Source: Chiloscyllium plagiosum (lineage: Eukaryota). From it: a DNA stretch of 26,683 nt. The translations under genes were made by a program, and so were the position numbers. Position 1 is the first letter of the stretch. Each line of letters opens with the position of its first letter. The stretch is taken from contig NC_057750.1 in the NCBI RefSeq assembly GCF_004010195.1, forward strand, positions 9,127,642 to 9,154,324, written 5' to 3'. The notes beneath the pieces were generated by a model, which ran no database searches, was not told where the DNA came from, and worked only from the letters and a program-made list of their open reading frames with translations. Below, in pieces: positions 1 through 10,024 of this stretch.

Positions 1-231
1 TGTACAGTCACAGTAAGACCTCCTGGCTCTTATACACTAACCCCCGGAAATAAGAGTCGACACTCCATGACCCCTCCCTGATTACCTGCTGTATGCTAGC
101 TTTCTGTGTTTCGTGCACAAAGTCCCCCCTTTGTGTTGCGTCTTTCTGCAGTATTTTTCTATTTAAATAATAATGTCCTTCTGTCCTCCTCCTTCCGTAA
201 AAATATTCAGTGACCCCCCACCCCCCCACCC

Positions 232-700
232 CGAGGCAGAGAGTTCCAACCCTCCTGTGGCGCAACGAGGTTCCTTATCTCTGTCCGAAAAGGGTGATCC
301 CAAATTTCGACACAGTAAACCCCCCTAGCGAGTTTTGAGAAGATTTGTAGCTCAGGTTGAGGTTTTGGATGTAGGTTTGCCTGCTGAGCTGGAAGGTTCA
401 TTTCCAGACGTTTCGTCACCATACTAGGTAACATCAGTGGGCCTCAGGCGAAGCAATGCTGAAAATTCCTGCTTTCTATTTATATGTTTGGGTTTCTTTG
501 GGTTGGTGATGTCATATCCAGTAGCCCCCCCATCTGGTTCTTGACTGACCCACATGAAGATACATCCATATCCACCATGTCAGGACCATTCAGGACCTTA
601 TACACTTCAAGTCTCCACTCATTTTTTCTTAACTCTGTTAAAGTCTACCATCTCCTCATAAAACAACCCACTCATTCCAGGTATCAATTCCGGTAGGCCT
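232..700 (-). mobile_element. Decayed CR1-like LINE 3' fragment, interrupted by a PLE terminus at 326-519
   Basis: The minus strand reads 'PFRTEIRN...WNSLP', the CR1 ORF2 C-terminal motif. Degenerate CR1-like sequence resumes after 520. Confidence 0.6.
326..519 (-). mobile_element. Penelope-like element 3' terminus (family E)
   Basis: Reverse complement of the 3' end (about 19430-19618) of the GIY-YIG element. The hammerhead-like core at 404-440 has a 3-nt deletion (CTGATGTT). Confidence 0.85.
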
Positions 701-744
701 TGTATAGGAAGAATATTATTAAGATTGAGAGATGCAGAAGAGAT

Positions 745-1145
745 TTCCAAGGCCACCTTTGGAACATTGTGTGCAATTCTTGTCGCCCTCTTATCGGAAG
801 GATGTTGTGAAACGTGGAAGGGTTCAGAAAAGATTTACAAGGATGTTGCCAGGGGTTGGAGGATTTGAGCTTCAGGGAGAGGCTGCACTGGCTGGGGCTG
901 TTTTCACTGGCACATCAGAGGCTGAGGGGTGACCTTATAGAGGTTTATAAAATCATGAGGGGCATGGATAGGATAAATAGAGTCTCTTCCCTGAGGTAGG
1001 GGACTCCAGAATGATAGGACATAGATTTAGACTGAGAGGGGAAAGATATAAAAGAGACCTAAGCGGCAACTTTTTCATGCACAGGGTGGTACGTGCATGA
1101 AAGGAGCTGTCAGAGGAAGTGCTGAAGGCGGGTACAATTACAGCA
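745..1145 (+). mobile_element. CR1/HER1-like LINE ORF2 C-terminal fragment
   Basis: Frameshifted peptides 'LEHCVQFLSPSYRKDV..RVQKRFTRMLPG' and 'RERLHWLGLFSL..RLRGDLIEVYKIMRG'. Confidence 0.9.
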
Positions 1146-1238
1146 TCAAGAGGAGGAGAAGGCAACGTTTCCAGTGTAACCCTTTCTCAGGAATCACCCG
1201 ACATGTTGCCTTCCCGCTCCGTCCTGATGCTGCCTGCC
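1141..1238. mobile_element. Short PLE-derived insert (family C), head-to-head inverted pair running into the gap
   Basis: The left arm is the reverse complement of the 4479-4530 motif and ends in AGGAAT. The right arm reads '...cctgatgctgcctgcc' up to the N run. Confidence 0.6.
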
Positions 1239-1738
1239 NNNNNNNNNNNNNNNNNNNNNNNNNNNNNNNNNNNNNNNNNNNNNNNNNNNNNNNNNNNNNN
1301 NNNNNNNNNNNNNNNNNNNNNNNNNNNNNNNNNNNNNNNNNNNNNNNNNNNNNNNNNNNNNNNNNNNNNNNNNNNNNNNNNNNNNNNNNNNNNNNNNNNN
1401 NNNNNNNNNNNNNNNNNNNNNNNNNNNNNNNNNNNNNNNNNNNNNNNNNNNNNNNNNNNNNNNNNNNNNNNNNNNNNNNNNNNNNNNNNNNNNNNNNNNN
1501 NNNNNNNNNNNNNNNNNNNNNNNNNNNNNNNNNNNNNNNNNNNNNNNNNNNNNNNNNNNNNNNNNNNNNNNNNNNNNNNNNNNNNNNNNNNNNNNNNNNN
1601 NNNNNNNNNNNNNNNNNNNNNNNNNNNNNNNNNNNNNNNNNNNNNNNNNNNNNNNNNNNNNNNNNNNNNNNNNNNNNNNNNNNNNNNNNNNNNNNNNNNN
1701 NNNNNNNNNNNNNNNNNNNNNNNNNNNNNNNNNNNNNN
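1239..1738. other. Assembly gap (500 N)
   Basis: Run of N. Confidence 1.
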
Positions 1739-2018
1739 GGGGCGGCGAGGTCAGGAAGAAGATTGCAGGTTAGGAAGGCGGTGCTGAATTCGATGGATTT
1801 GATTGAGACAAGGTGGGGGGAGGGGAAATGAGGAAACTGGTGAAATCCGAGTTCATCCCTTGTGGTTGGAGGGTTCCTAGGCAGAAGATGAGGCGCTCTT
1901 CCTCCAACCGTCGTGTTGTTGTGGTCTGGCGATGGAGGAGTCCAAAGACCTGCATATCCTTGGTGGAGTGGGAGGGGGGTTGAAGTGTTGAGCCACAGGA
2001 TGGTTGGGTTGGTTGGTC
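1739..2018 (-). mobile_element. Penelope-like element fragment, GIY-YIG endonuclease C-terminus
   Basis: The minus-strand peptide '..HFN..DMQVFGLL..RRLEEERLIFCLGTLQPQGMN' matches the 'E..I..L.TL.P.G(L/M)N' ending typical of Neptune-type PLE endonucleases. Confidence 0.75.
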
Positions 2019-2023
2019 TTTTT

Positions 2024-2313
2024 TGGTTTAAAGAGTAGAGGGAGCTTTACATTTGATTTAAAAGAGTAGAGTGAACTTTACATTTGGTTTAAAGAGTGGA
2101 GAGAGCTTTACTTTCAGTTTAAAAGAGTAGAGAGAGCTTTACATTCAGTTTAAAGAGTAGAGAGAGCTTTACATTCAGTTTAAAAGAGTAGAGAGAGCTT
2201 TACATTTGGTTTAAAGAGTAGAGAGAGCTTTACATTCAGTTTAAAAGAATAAAGAGAGCTTTACATTTGGCTTAAAGAGTAGAGAGAGCTTTACATTCAG
2301 TTTGAAAAGTAGA
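2024..2313. repeat. Minisatellite, about 30-31 bp unit, about 9 copies
   Basis: Tandem TTTAAA(A)GAGTAGAGAGAGCTTTACATT(TG/CA)G. Confidence 0.95.
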
Positions 2314-2779
2314 GGACTGAAGTTGTAGTCAGGGTGTGACTGCTGATCCTTATGCACAAGACAACTCTTGGGGAAATAACCACATCAATCACAAACCTAT
2401 GGATTTACACAAAAAACTAGCGAGAGGCTTTTTAATCGTGATTTACGTCCTGAAGAGAGAAGGCTAGTTCTTTGTGATTGAAGACCTGCAAACTATCTTT
2501 GATTAATATCCCACGGTGACCATTTGTGCTCTACTGTGTACTCACTGGAGAGGGATTCCTCAACTGCTGTCCTTCCCAATCAACCAGACAGTGTACCCGC
2601 AGAGGACTGAAGGCTGCAGGAGCTGTGGGATGTCTGAGATTGTCCACTTGTGGGGAGCGAGGCTGAATAAAGTTAGTCAAATAGTTTGGAATCTTTTCTT
2701 CTGAAGTCTCTCAGGGCAAGAACTCAGTCTCAGTTACATTCAGAATTTGGTCAGTAAGCAGAATGCTGGTAGCACTATA

Positions 2780-3820
2780 TCCTTTTTATCTGCTTCATCA
2801 ATGACCTTCCCTCCATTGTAAGGTCAGAAGTGGAGATGTTGGCCGATAATTGCACAACGTTCAGCACCATTCGCTACTCCTCAGATACTGAGGCAGTCCA
2901 TGTTCAAATGCAACAAGATCTGGACCATAAAAGAACTGCGGATGCTGTAAATCAGAAACAAAAACAGAAGTTGCTGGACAAACCTCAGCAGGTCTGGCAG
3001 CATCTGTGAAGAGAAACCAGAGTTAACGTTCCGGATCTGGTGACCCTTCCTCGGAATACAGGCCATATCCAGGCTTGGGCTGACAAGTGGCAGAAAACAT
3101 GTGAAATATACAACTCCCCGATAACAATCATCTCCAACAAAAGAGAATCTAACCACTGCTCATGATGTTCAATACCATTCCCATCACTGAAATCCCCACA
3201 ATTGGCGTTGTAGGAGGCTACCATTAATCAAAAACTGTACTGGACCAGCCATATAAATTCTATTGTTCCAAGAGCAAGTCAGAAGCTGGGAATCCTGCAG
3301 TGAGTAACTCCCCATCTGACTCCCCCAAAGCCTGTCCACCATCTTCAAGACACAAGTCAGGAGGGTGAGGGAATACTCCCCACTTGCCCCTGGATGGGCA
3401 ACACTGAAGAAGCTCGACACCATCCAGGACAAAGCAGCCCCCGCTTGATTGGCCTCACATGCACAAACATCCACTCCTTCCACCACCAACACTCAGGATC
3501 AGCAGTGTGTACCATCTACAAGATGCATCTCATCAAGGCTCCTTAGTCAGCAAAACGATGACCACTTCCAGCTATAAGGACAAGGTCGGCAGATACATGG
3601 GAACACCACCCCCTACAAGTTCCCCTCCGAGCCACTCACCATCCTGACTTGGAAATAGATCACCATTGCTTTCTGGATCTTTCTGCCGAACATCACCTTG
3701 GATGTTTCAACATCAGATGGACTACAGCAGCTCAGGAAGGCAGCTCATCATTGCCTTCTCCAGGGCAAGTAGGGATGGGCAATAAATACTGGCCTAGTCA
3801 GTGAGGCCCACATTCCATGG
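2780..3820 (+). mobile_element. CR1/L2-group LINE 3' part (second family), interrupted at about 2929-3057
   Basis: RT remnant 'CFINDLPSIVRSEVEMLADNCT' and 3' tail 'gggatgggcaataaatactggcc...cccacattcc'. The same family occurs at 6295, 16660 and 21225. Confidence 0.8.
2929..3057 (-). mobile_element. Short PLE-derived insert (family B)
   Basis: Homologous to 25340-25460 and 25681-25783. Degenerate hammerhead-like core at about 3024-3055. Confidence 0.7.
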
Positions 3821-3822
3821 CC

Positions 3823-4001
3823 CATAGAATCATCAAATCCCTATGGTGCAGATAGAGGCCATTCAGCCCATTGAGTCAGCACCAACCCTCTGATTAGCAT
3901 CCCACCCTCTTTCTGTAATACTACATTTTATTGTAGTTAACCCACCCAGTCTACATACCACTGGGCAATTTACCAATCCGCCTAACCTGCTCATCTTTAG
4001 A
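3823..4001 (-). mobile_element. Degenerate HE1/V-SINE 3' half
   Basis: Similar to the 3' half of the full SINE copies (e.g. 6907-7212). Confidence 0.65.
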
Positions 4002-4109
4002 TGAGTTTTAAGAAAAATTAGAAATCCAGAGGTATGGACAAATGGATTGGACATACACTGCGGCAGCTCCAAGAATTTAAATTCAATTAATACATCTGGA
4101 ATAAAAGAT

Positions 4110-4390
4110 TGTAGGAGCGGAAGTATGAGATCATAGCTGATCTGATAACCCTTAACTCCACTTTCCTGCTTTTCCCCATAATCCTCAATTCCCCTTCCTG
4201 ATCAAAAAAAAAATCTCAGCCTTGAATATATTCATGTCCCAGCCCTCTATGTTAAAGAGTACCACAGATTCACTTCTCTCTGAGAGAAGAGATTCCTCCT
4301 CATCTCCGTCTTTAATGTGTGACCCCTTATACCGAGCCCTCTGGTCCCACAAGGGGAAACAAACTCTCCACCTCTATACTCCCCCTGTCG
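4110..4390 (-). mobile_element. CR1-like LINE 3' end
   Basis: Homologous to 9520-10020 and to the reverse complement of the CR1 3' ends at 13300-13560 and 20950-21210. Confidence 0.7.
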
Positions 4391-4516
4391 ATAATGATCA
4401 TGAATCTACAGGGTTGGGGTAACAATCTGTAAGGAAGGAAATCTGCTGTCCTTACTGAGTTTGACCTGTGTGCCCAATCCTGAGGAAGGGTTACACCTGA
4501 AACGTTGACTTCTCCA

Positions 4517-5530
4517 CCTCCTGATGCTGCCTGCCTTGCTGTGTTCCTCCAGCCTCCTGCCTGTCCCTCCTGATGCTGCCTGCCTTGCTGTGTTCCTCCA
4601 GCCTCCTGCCTGTCCCTCCTGATGCTGCCTGGCTTGCTGTGTTCNNNNNNNNNNNNNNNNNNNNNNNNNNNNNNNNNNNNNNNNNNNNNNNNNNNNNNNN
4701 NNNNNNNNNNNNNNNNNNNNNNNNNNNNNNNNNNNNNNNNNNNNNNNNNNNNNNNNNNNNNNNNNNNNNNNNNNNNNNNNNNNNNNNNNNNNNNNNNNNN
4801 NNNNNNNNNNNNNNNNNNNNNNNNNNNNNNNNNNNNNNNNNNNNNNNNNNNNNNNNNNNNNNNNNNNNNNNNNNNNNNNNNNNNNNNNNNNNNNNNNNNN
4901 NNNNNNNNNNNNNNNNNNNNNNNNNNNNNNNNNNNNNNNNNNNNNNNNNNNNNNNNNNNNNNNNNNNNNNNNNNNNNNNNNNNNNNNNNNNNNNNNNNNN
5001 NNNNNNNNNNNNNNNNNNNNNNNNNNNNNNNNNNNNNNNNNNNNNNNNNNNNNNNNNNNNNNNNNNNNNNNNNNNNNNNNNNNNNNNNNNNNNNNNNNNN
5101 NNNNNNNNNNNNNNNNNNNNNNNNNNNNNNNNNNNNNNNNNNNNNNNNNNNNNNNNNNNNNNNNNNNNNNNNNNNNNNNNNNNNNNNNNNNNNNNNNNNN
5201 NNNNNNNNNNNNNNNNNNNNNNNNNNNNNNNNNNNNNNNNNNNNNNNNNNNNNNNNNNNNNNNNNNNNNNNNNNNNNNNNNNNNNNNNNNNNNNNNNNNN
5301 NNNNNNNNNNNNNNNNNNNNNNNNNNNNNNNNNNNNNNNNNNNNNNNNNNNNNNNNNNNNNNNNNNNNNNNNNNNNNNNNNNNNNNNNNNNNNNNNNNNN
5401 NNNNNNNNNNNNNNNNNNNNNNNNNNNNNNNNNNNNNNNNNNNNNNNNNNNNNNGTGTTCCCCCAGCCTACTGCCTGTCCCTCCTGATGCTGCCTGCCTT
5501 GCTGTGTTCCCCCAGCCTCCTACCTGTCTA
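4517..5530. repeat. 49-bp tandem repeat spanning an assembly gap
   Basis: The unit CCTCCTGATGCTGCCTGCCTTGCTGTGTTCCTCCAGCCTCCTGCCTGTC recurs at 49-bp spacing (CTGATG at 4521, 4570, 4619) and again after the gap. Confidence 0.9.
4645..5454. other. Assembly gap (810 N)
   Basis: Run of N. Confidence 1.
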
Positions 5531-5672
5531 CTTTGGATTCCAGCATCTGCAGGCCTTTTTTGTCTCTGTGCGTGACTCCAGATCCATCGCCGTACGGGCA
5601 ACTGTTAACTGGGGGAGCAAGACACTATCGTACTGTTACAGAATGCACTGGGGTCAAACTGAGACCATATGG

Positions 5673-5793
5673 CAGAAGCAGGTACTGCAGATTAGAGTCT
5701 AGATTAGAGTGGTGCTGGAAAAGCACAGCAGGTCAGGCAGCATCCGAGGAGCAGGAAAATCGACGTTTCGGGCAAAAGTCCTTCATCAGGAAT
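5673..5793 (-). mobile_element. Short PLE-derived insert (family A) with 13-bp TSD
   Basis: TGAGACCATATGG at 5660-5672 and 5794-5806. Minus-strand core CTGATGA-A-GGACTTTTGCCC-GAAA-CGTC. Confidence 0.85.
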
Positions 5794-6294
5794 TGAGACC
5801 ATATGGTCGAGAGTGGTGCAGGAAACCGCTCACACTCTCAAGAGGTAATTAGTGATAGGCCAACATCCCAACAATGTTTTTTTTTGTCTCTATTACTATT
5901 CTCCATGACTTGCCATGTATTGTAGCGTAGTCATTCTACTTTGAGAGATTGGTCATAATTGCCAGGGTGTTACAAGCCCTCTCTCTGTTTCAGCGTTATG
6001 GAGCGTCTGGAGCCTGTTATTTATGCCTGGTCCTCATTATTGCATCATTTCTTTATGTGATTCTTCAGAGTCACTCATAACCAGTTCAGTTGACCGAGGG
6101 TAATTGAAGAAGTGTGAATGAATTCTTTACTGAATAGTCCCGACTCCAAACTTGCAAAGAGTTTTGCATTGCCACTCAATGCTCATTTACTCTCTAATGA
6201 GCGATTTTCCAGATTTCTGACATTCAGGAATGAAATGTAAAATTACCCACTGCCTTCATGCATTTTGTGCAGTATTTCTGAAAGACGTTCCCTT

Positions 6295-6560
6295 GGCAAC
6301 AACAGTGTGTGCTGTCTACAAGATGCACTGCAGAACTACACCAAAGATCCACAGACAGCACCTTCCAAACCCAAGACCCCTTCCATCCAGAAGGACAAGG
6401 GCAGCAGGTACTTGGGAACACCACCTCCTGCAAGTTCCCCTCTGAGCCACTTACCATCCCGACTTGGGAATATCTCACCGTTCCTTCAGTGTCACTGGGT
6501 CAGAATCCTGGAACTTCCTCCTTAAGGGCATTGAGGGTCAACCTACAGCACATGGACTGC
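6295..6560 (+). mobile_element. CR1/L2-group LINE 3' fragment
   Basis: Homologous to 3500-3730. Confidence 0.75.
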
Positions 6561-6660
6561 AGGATTCCCTACAGTGTGGAAACCGGCCCTTCGGCCCAAC
6601 CAGTCCACGTCGTCCCTCCAAAGAGTAACCCACCCAGACCCATTTCCCTCTGACTAATGT
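6561..6660 (-). mobile_element. HE1/V-SINE 3' tail fragment
   Basis: 'gattccctacagtgtggaaac...catttccctctgactaatg', as in 9044-9133. Confidence 0.8.
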
Positions 6661-6732
6661 TTTGCATTCTTCTATCCATGTTTGGAGAAGTACCCTGTGA
6701 CTTTATCTGAAAGTTGGGCCTTCGCTTACATA

Positions 6733-7700
6733 ATCATAGAGTCCGACAGCACAGAAACAGATCTTTCAGTCCAGCCATAATCCCAAACTAAGCTAGTCCC
6801 ACCTGCCTGCTCCTGGCCCATATCCCTCCAAACCTTTCCCATTCACGTCCCTTTCCCAATGTCTTTCAAATGTTGTAACTGTGCCTGTATTCACCACTTT
6901 TATTTTTAGATTACATTACAGTGTGGAAACAGGCCCTTCAGCCCAACAAGTCCACTCCGACCCGCCGAAATGCAACCCACCCATACCCCTACATTTGCCC
7001 CTTACCTAACACTACGGGCAATTTAGCATGGCCAATTCACCTGACCTGCACATCTTTTGGATGGTGGGAGGAAACCGGAGCACCCGGAGGAAACCCACGC
7101 AGACACGGGGAGAACGTGCAAACTCCACACAGTCAGTCGCCTGAGGCGGGAACTGAACCCGGGTCTCAGGCACTGTGAGGCAGCAGTGCTAACCACTGTG
7201 CCACCGTGCCACCCTCAGGAAGTTCATTTCACACATAAGCCACTCTCTGTGTGAAAAAGTTGCCCCTTGTGTCTTTTCAAAATTTTTCTCCTCTCACCTT
7301 AAAAATATGCCCTTAGTCTTGAAATCCCCCACCCTAGGGAAAAGACACCAGCTCATCACCTTACCTATACCTCTCATGATTTTATAAACCTCGATAAGGT
7401 TACCCCTCAACCTCGAATGAGCCAGTGAAATAAATTCTATCCTATCCAGCCTCTCCTTATACCTCAAACCCTCCATTCCTGACAACATCCTGGTAAATCG
7501 CTTCTTAATAATATCTCCAGCTTAATAATATCCTTCCTGTAACAGGGTGACCAGAACTGGACCCAGTAGTCCAGAAGAGGCCTCAGCAACATCCTGCACA
7601 ACCTCAACGTCACTTCCCAACTTCTAAACTCAAAGGTCTGAGAAACGAAGGCCAGTGTGCTAAATGCTTTCTTAACTGCCCCAGTCTACCTGTGACACAA
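6733..7700 (-). mobile_element. CR1/HER1-like LINE 3' part, interrupted by the SINE at 6907-7212
   Basis: Minus-strand peptide 'MLSGMEGLRYKERLDRI..LRGNLIEVYKIMRG' and reverse (CTATGA)n tail at about 6733. Confidence 0.9.
6907..7212 (-). mobile_element. Full-length tRNA-derived V-SINE (HE1-like)
   Basis: Head GGCACGGTGGCACAGTGGTTAGCAC...GGTTCAGTTCC (Pol III A and B boxes), V-domain 'gtgtggagtttgcac..gcgtgggtttcctccgggtgctccggtttcctccc', LINE-like tail. Confidence 0.92.
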
Positions 7701-7711
7701 ACCTCATTAAT

Positions 7712-7830
7712 ATCTCATCTGGAACTCAGCATCTCTGACTGTGCAGCACTCCCTCGGTACTGCACTGCAGCACCAACCTGGGCTTTTGCACTTAAATGCT
7801 GGAGTGGCACTTGAAACCTAGAACCTTGCA
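7712..7830 (-). mobile_element. Old tRNA-derived SINE fragment (resembles Deu/LF-SINE-type); the head may resume at about 8421-8450
   Basis: 'tgcagcactccctcggtactgcact...ggagtggcacttgaaacc' contains a reversed B-box-like motif. Split by the LINE at 7835. Confidence 0.5.
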
Positions 7831-7834
7831 ACTT

Positions 7835-8424
7835 GCCCTGGCCAAGCCATGTTGATGCGATGGTCAAGAAAGCACAACAACGCCTCTACTTCCTCAGAAG
7901 GCTAAGGAAATTCGGCATCTCTACAAAGACTTACCATTTTTTATAAATGCACCATCAAAAGCATCCTATCTGGATGTGTCACAGCGTGATACAGCAAGTG
8001 CTCTGCCCAGGACCACAAGGAACTCCAGAGAGATGGGAACACAGCCCAGACTATCCATTAAATCCGTCTACACTTCCCACTGCCTCGGGAAGGCAGCCAA
8101 CATCATCAAAGACCCCTCCCACCCCGGTTATACTCGCTTCCAACCTCTTCCGTTAGGTAGAAGATACAAAGGTTTAAACAGAGGTATTAACAGATTCAAG
8201 AACAGCTTTTCCCCCGCTGTTAACAGACTTCTGAATGGACCTCTCAAATTTTAAATTTAACATTGATCTCACTCTTTGTGCGCCTTCTCTGCAGCTCTAA
8301 CACTACATTCCTCACTCTGTTCAATTACGCTAATGCACTTTGTATGGTAATAGCTGCCTATACTGCACGCAAAACAAACATTTTCACTGTATCTAGGTAG
8401 ATGGGACAATAATAAATCAAATCA
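7835..8424 (+). mobile_element. Rex1/Babar-like LINE 3' fragment
   Basis: Peptides 'MVKKAQQRLYFLRRLRKFG' and 'KAANIIKDPSHPG..F..LPLGRRY..TNRFKNSF'-like. Tail aataataaatcaaatca. Confidence 0.8.
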
Positions 8425-8517
8425 GAGACAAGGACACTGCTCCCTGAGCTGTAGGAAATCATAGGTGAAGGGAGCTGTTAAAGGCAAAACCAAGGTAAAA
8501 GGCTGTGAGTTATGAAT

Positions 8518-8731
8518 CAAGGGTGTGGTGCTGGAAAAACACAGCAGGTAAGGCAGCATCCGAGGAGCAGGAGAATCAACGTTTTGGGCATAAGCCTTTC
8601 ATTCCTGATGAAGGGCTTATGCCTCAAAACATCGATTCTCCTGATCCTCGGATGCTCCCTGACCTGCTGTGCTTTTCCAGCACCACACTCTTCGACTCTG
8701 AGCTCCAGCATCTGTGGTGATCACTTTCTCC
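8518..8731. mobile_element. Family A insert as a head-to-head hairpin with 15-bp TSD
   Basis: CTGTGAGTT(A/C)TGAAT at 8503-8517 and 8732-8746. Inverted arms at about 8518-8600 and 8611-8696. Confidence 0.85.
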
Positions 8732-9025
8732 CTGTGAGTTCTGAATGCAAGGCAGTCAGTAATCAAATCAATTTGTCAGAGAGTGTTCAAGAGGTGAGAG
8801 ATACAGGATTACAGACACCTCCCCTCCCCAGAAGAGGGTTTGAACCTAAATCCTCATGATTCACAGACAAGGGATTAACAACAACTGAATGGGGTTGTGA
8901 ATGGAAGAGCTAGCCAAAGGAATTCAGCCCACCCAAACAGAGATCATGAGTTTGCCCAGACCTTAAGCACTGGGTTAAGTTTCTGTCCCCTTCATCTCCA
9001 GAAGCAATGCACTGGAGAGAGGGTC

Positions 9026-9325
9026 GAGATTAGATTGGATTAGATTCCCTACAGTGTGGAAACAGGCCCTTCGACCCAACCAGTCCACACCAACCTGCCG
9101 AAGACTAACCCACCCATTTCCCTCTGACTAATGCACCTAGCACTACGGGCAATTTAGCATGGCCAATTCACCCTGACCTGCACATCTTTGGACTGTGGGA
9201 GGAAACTGGAGCACCCGGAGGAAACAACACACACACGGGGAGAATGTGCAAACTCCACACAGACAGTCACCCGAGGGTGGGATCGAACCTGAGACCCTGG
9301 TGCTATGAGGCAGCAGTGCTAACCC
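9026..9325 (-). mobile_element. V-SINE (HE1-like), slightly 5'-truncated
   Basis: V-domain, partial tRNA head and reverse tail (GATTA)n. Confidence 0.9.
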
Positions 9326-9519
9326 AGATTGACGAGGATTTCACCAGGACTGTTTGGAGGGAATGTTTGGAGGGAATGGGATCATGCTGCTTTGAACATG
9401 GGAGGCTGCTGGGGAAGGTAGATTGAGCTGGACAGAGTTAGGAGGGATCTGGACTGCATGGAGGAAGTGGGCCTTAACAGAGATGTCAGTACCTAAACAA
9501 CATTGGTTTAAAGACGAGA

Positions 9520-10020
9520 AGACACGGGGCAGAAGTAGGCCATTCAGCCCATCGAGTCAGACCTGATTCTGATAATCGTCAACTTCATTCTCCTTTCCCA
9601 TATCCCTTGATTCCTTGACTGACTGAAAATCCATCTATTTCCGCCTTGAATATACTCCAGCTTCAGCAGCCTTCTGTTGTGAAGAATTCCACAGATTCTT
9701 TACCCACTGAGAGAAAACAAAGTTCACCTCATCTCGGTCTTAAATGTGTGACCCTTTTACTCTGAGGTTATTCCCTCTGGTCGGAGACTCTCTCCACCCT
9801 TACCCTGACAAGTCTCCTAAGAATCTTACTTGTTTCAATAAGGTCAGTCCTCATGCTCCTAAACTCCAATGGGTTCAGGCCCAATCCACTCAATATCTCC
9901 TCATTAGACAGTCTCTCCATACCCCGGAGTCAGCTGAGTGAACCTTCTCTGGACTGCCTCCAATGCCAGTCTATCTCTCTTTAGATACAGGGCCCAAAAC
10001 TGTTCACAGTATTCTGGCTA
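9520..10020 (-). mobile_element. CR1-like LINE 3' part
   Basis: Reverse complement of CR1 ORF2 end and 3' UTR; 'EYCEQFWA' motif near 9990-10012. Confidence 0.8.
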
Positions 10021-10024
10021 GTTC

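Larger units (their letters stand above)
4477..5567 (+). mobile_element. Short PLE-derived element (family C) with internal tandem expansion
   Basis: Starts with the hammerhead-like core CTGAGGA-A-GGGTTACACCT-GAAA-CGTT (4480-4506). Ends with the shared 'ccagcatctgcag' motif and a T-rich tail. Spans the gap. Confidence 0.7.

Noticed and set aside
313..531. TSD around the PLE terminus (cagtaaacccccc / cagtagccccccc)
   Set aside because: It is imperfect and low-complexity, so not secure enough to call.
1097..1831. Long ORFs of 222-244 aa
   Set aside because: Open only because they cross the N gap.
2024..2313. CRISPR-like array (repeat of about 30 bp)
   Set aside because: The units are contiguous with no unique spacers, there are no cas genes, and the context is eukaryotic.
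4327..5601. ORFs of 304-424 aa
   Set aside because: They cross the N gap and a tandem repeat.
5978..6080. Plus-strand splice acceptor (ctctctgtttcag) and exon
   Set aside because: There is no recognisable peptide or convincing paired donor.
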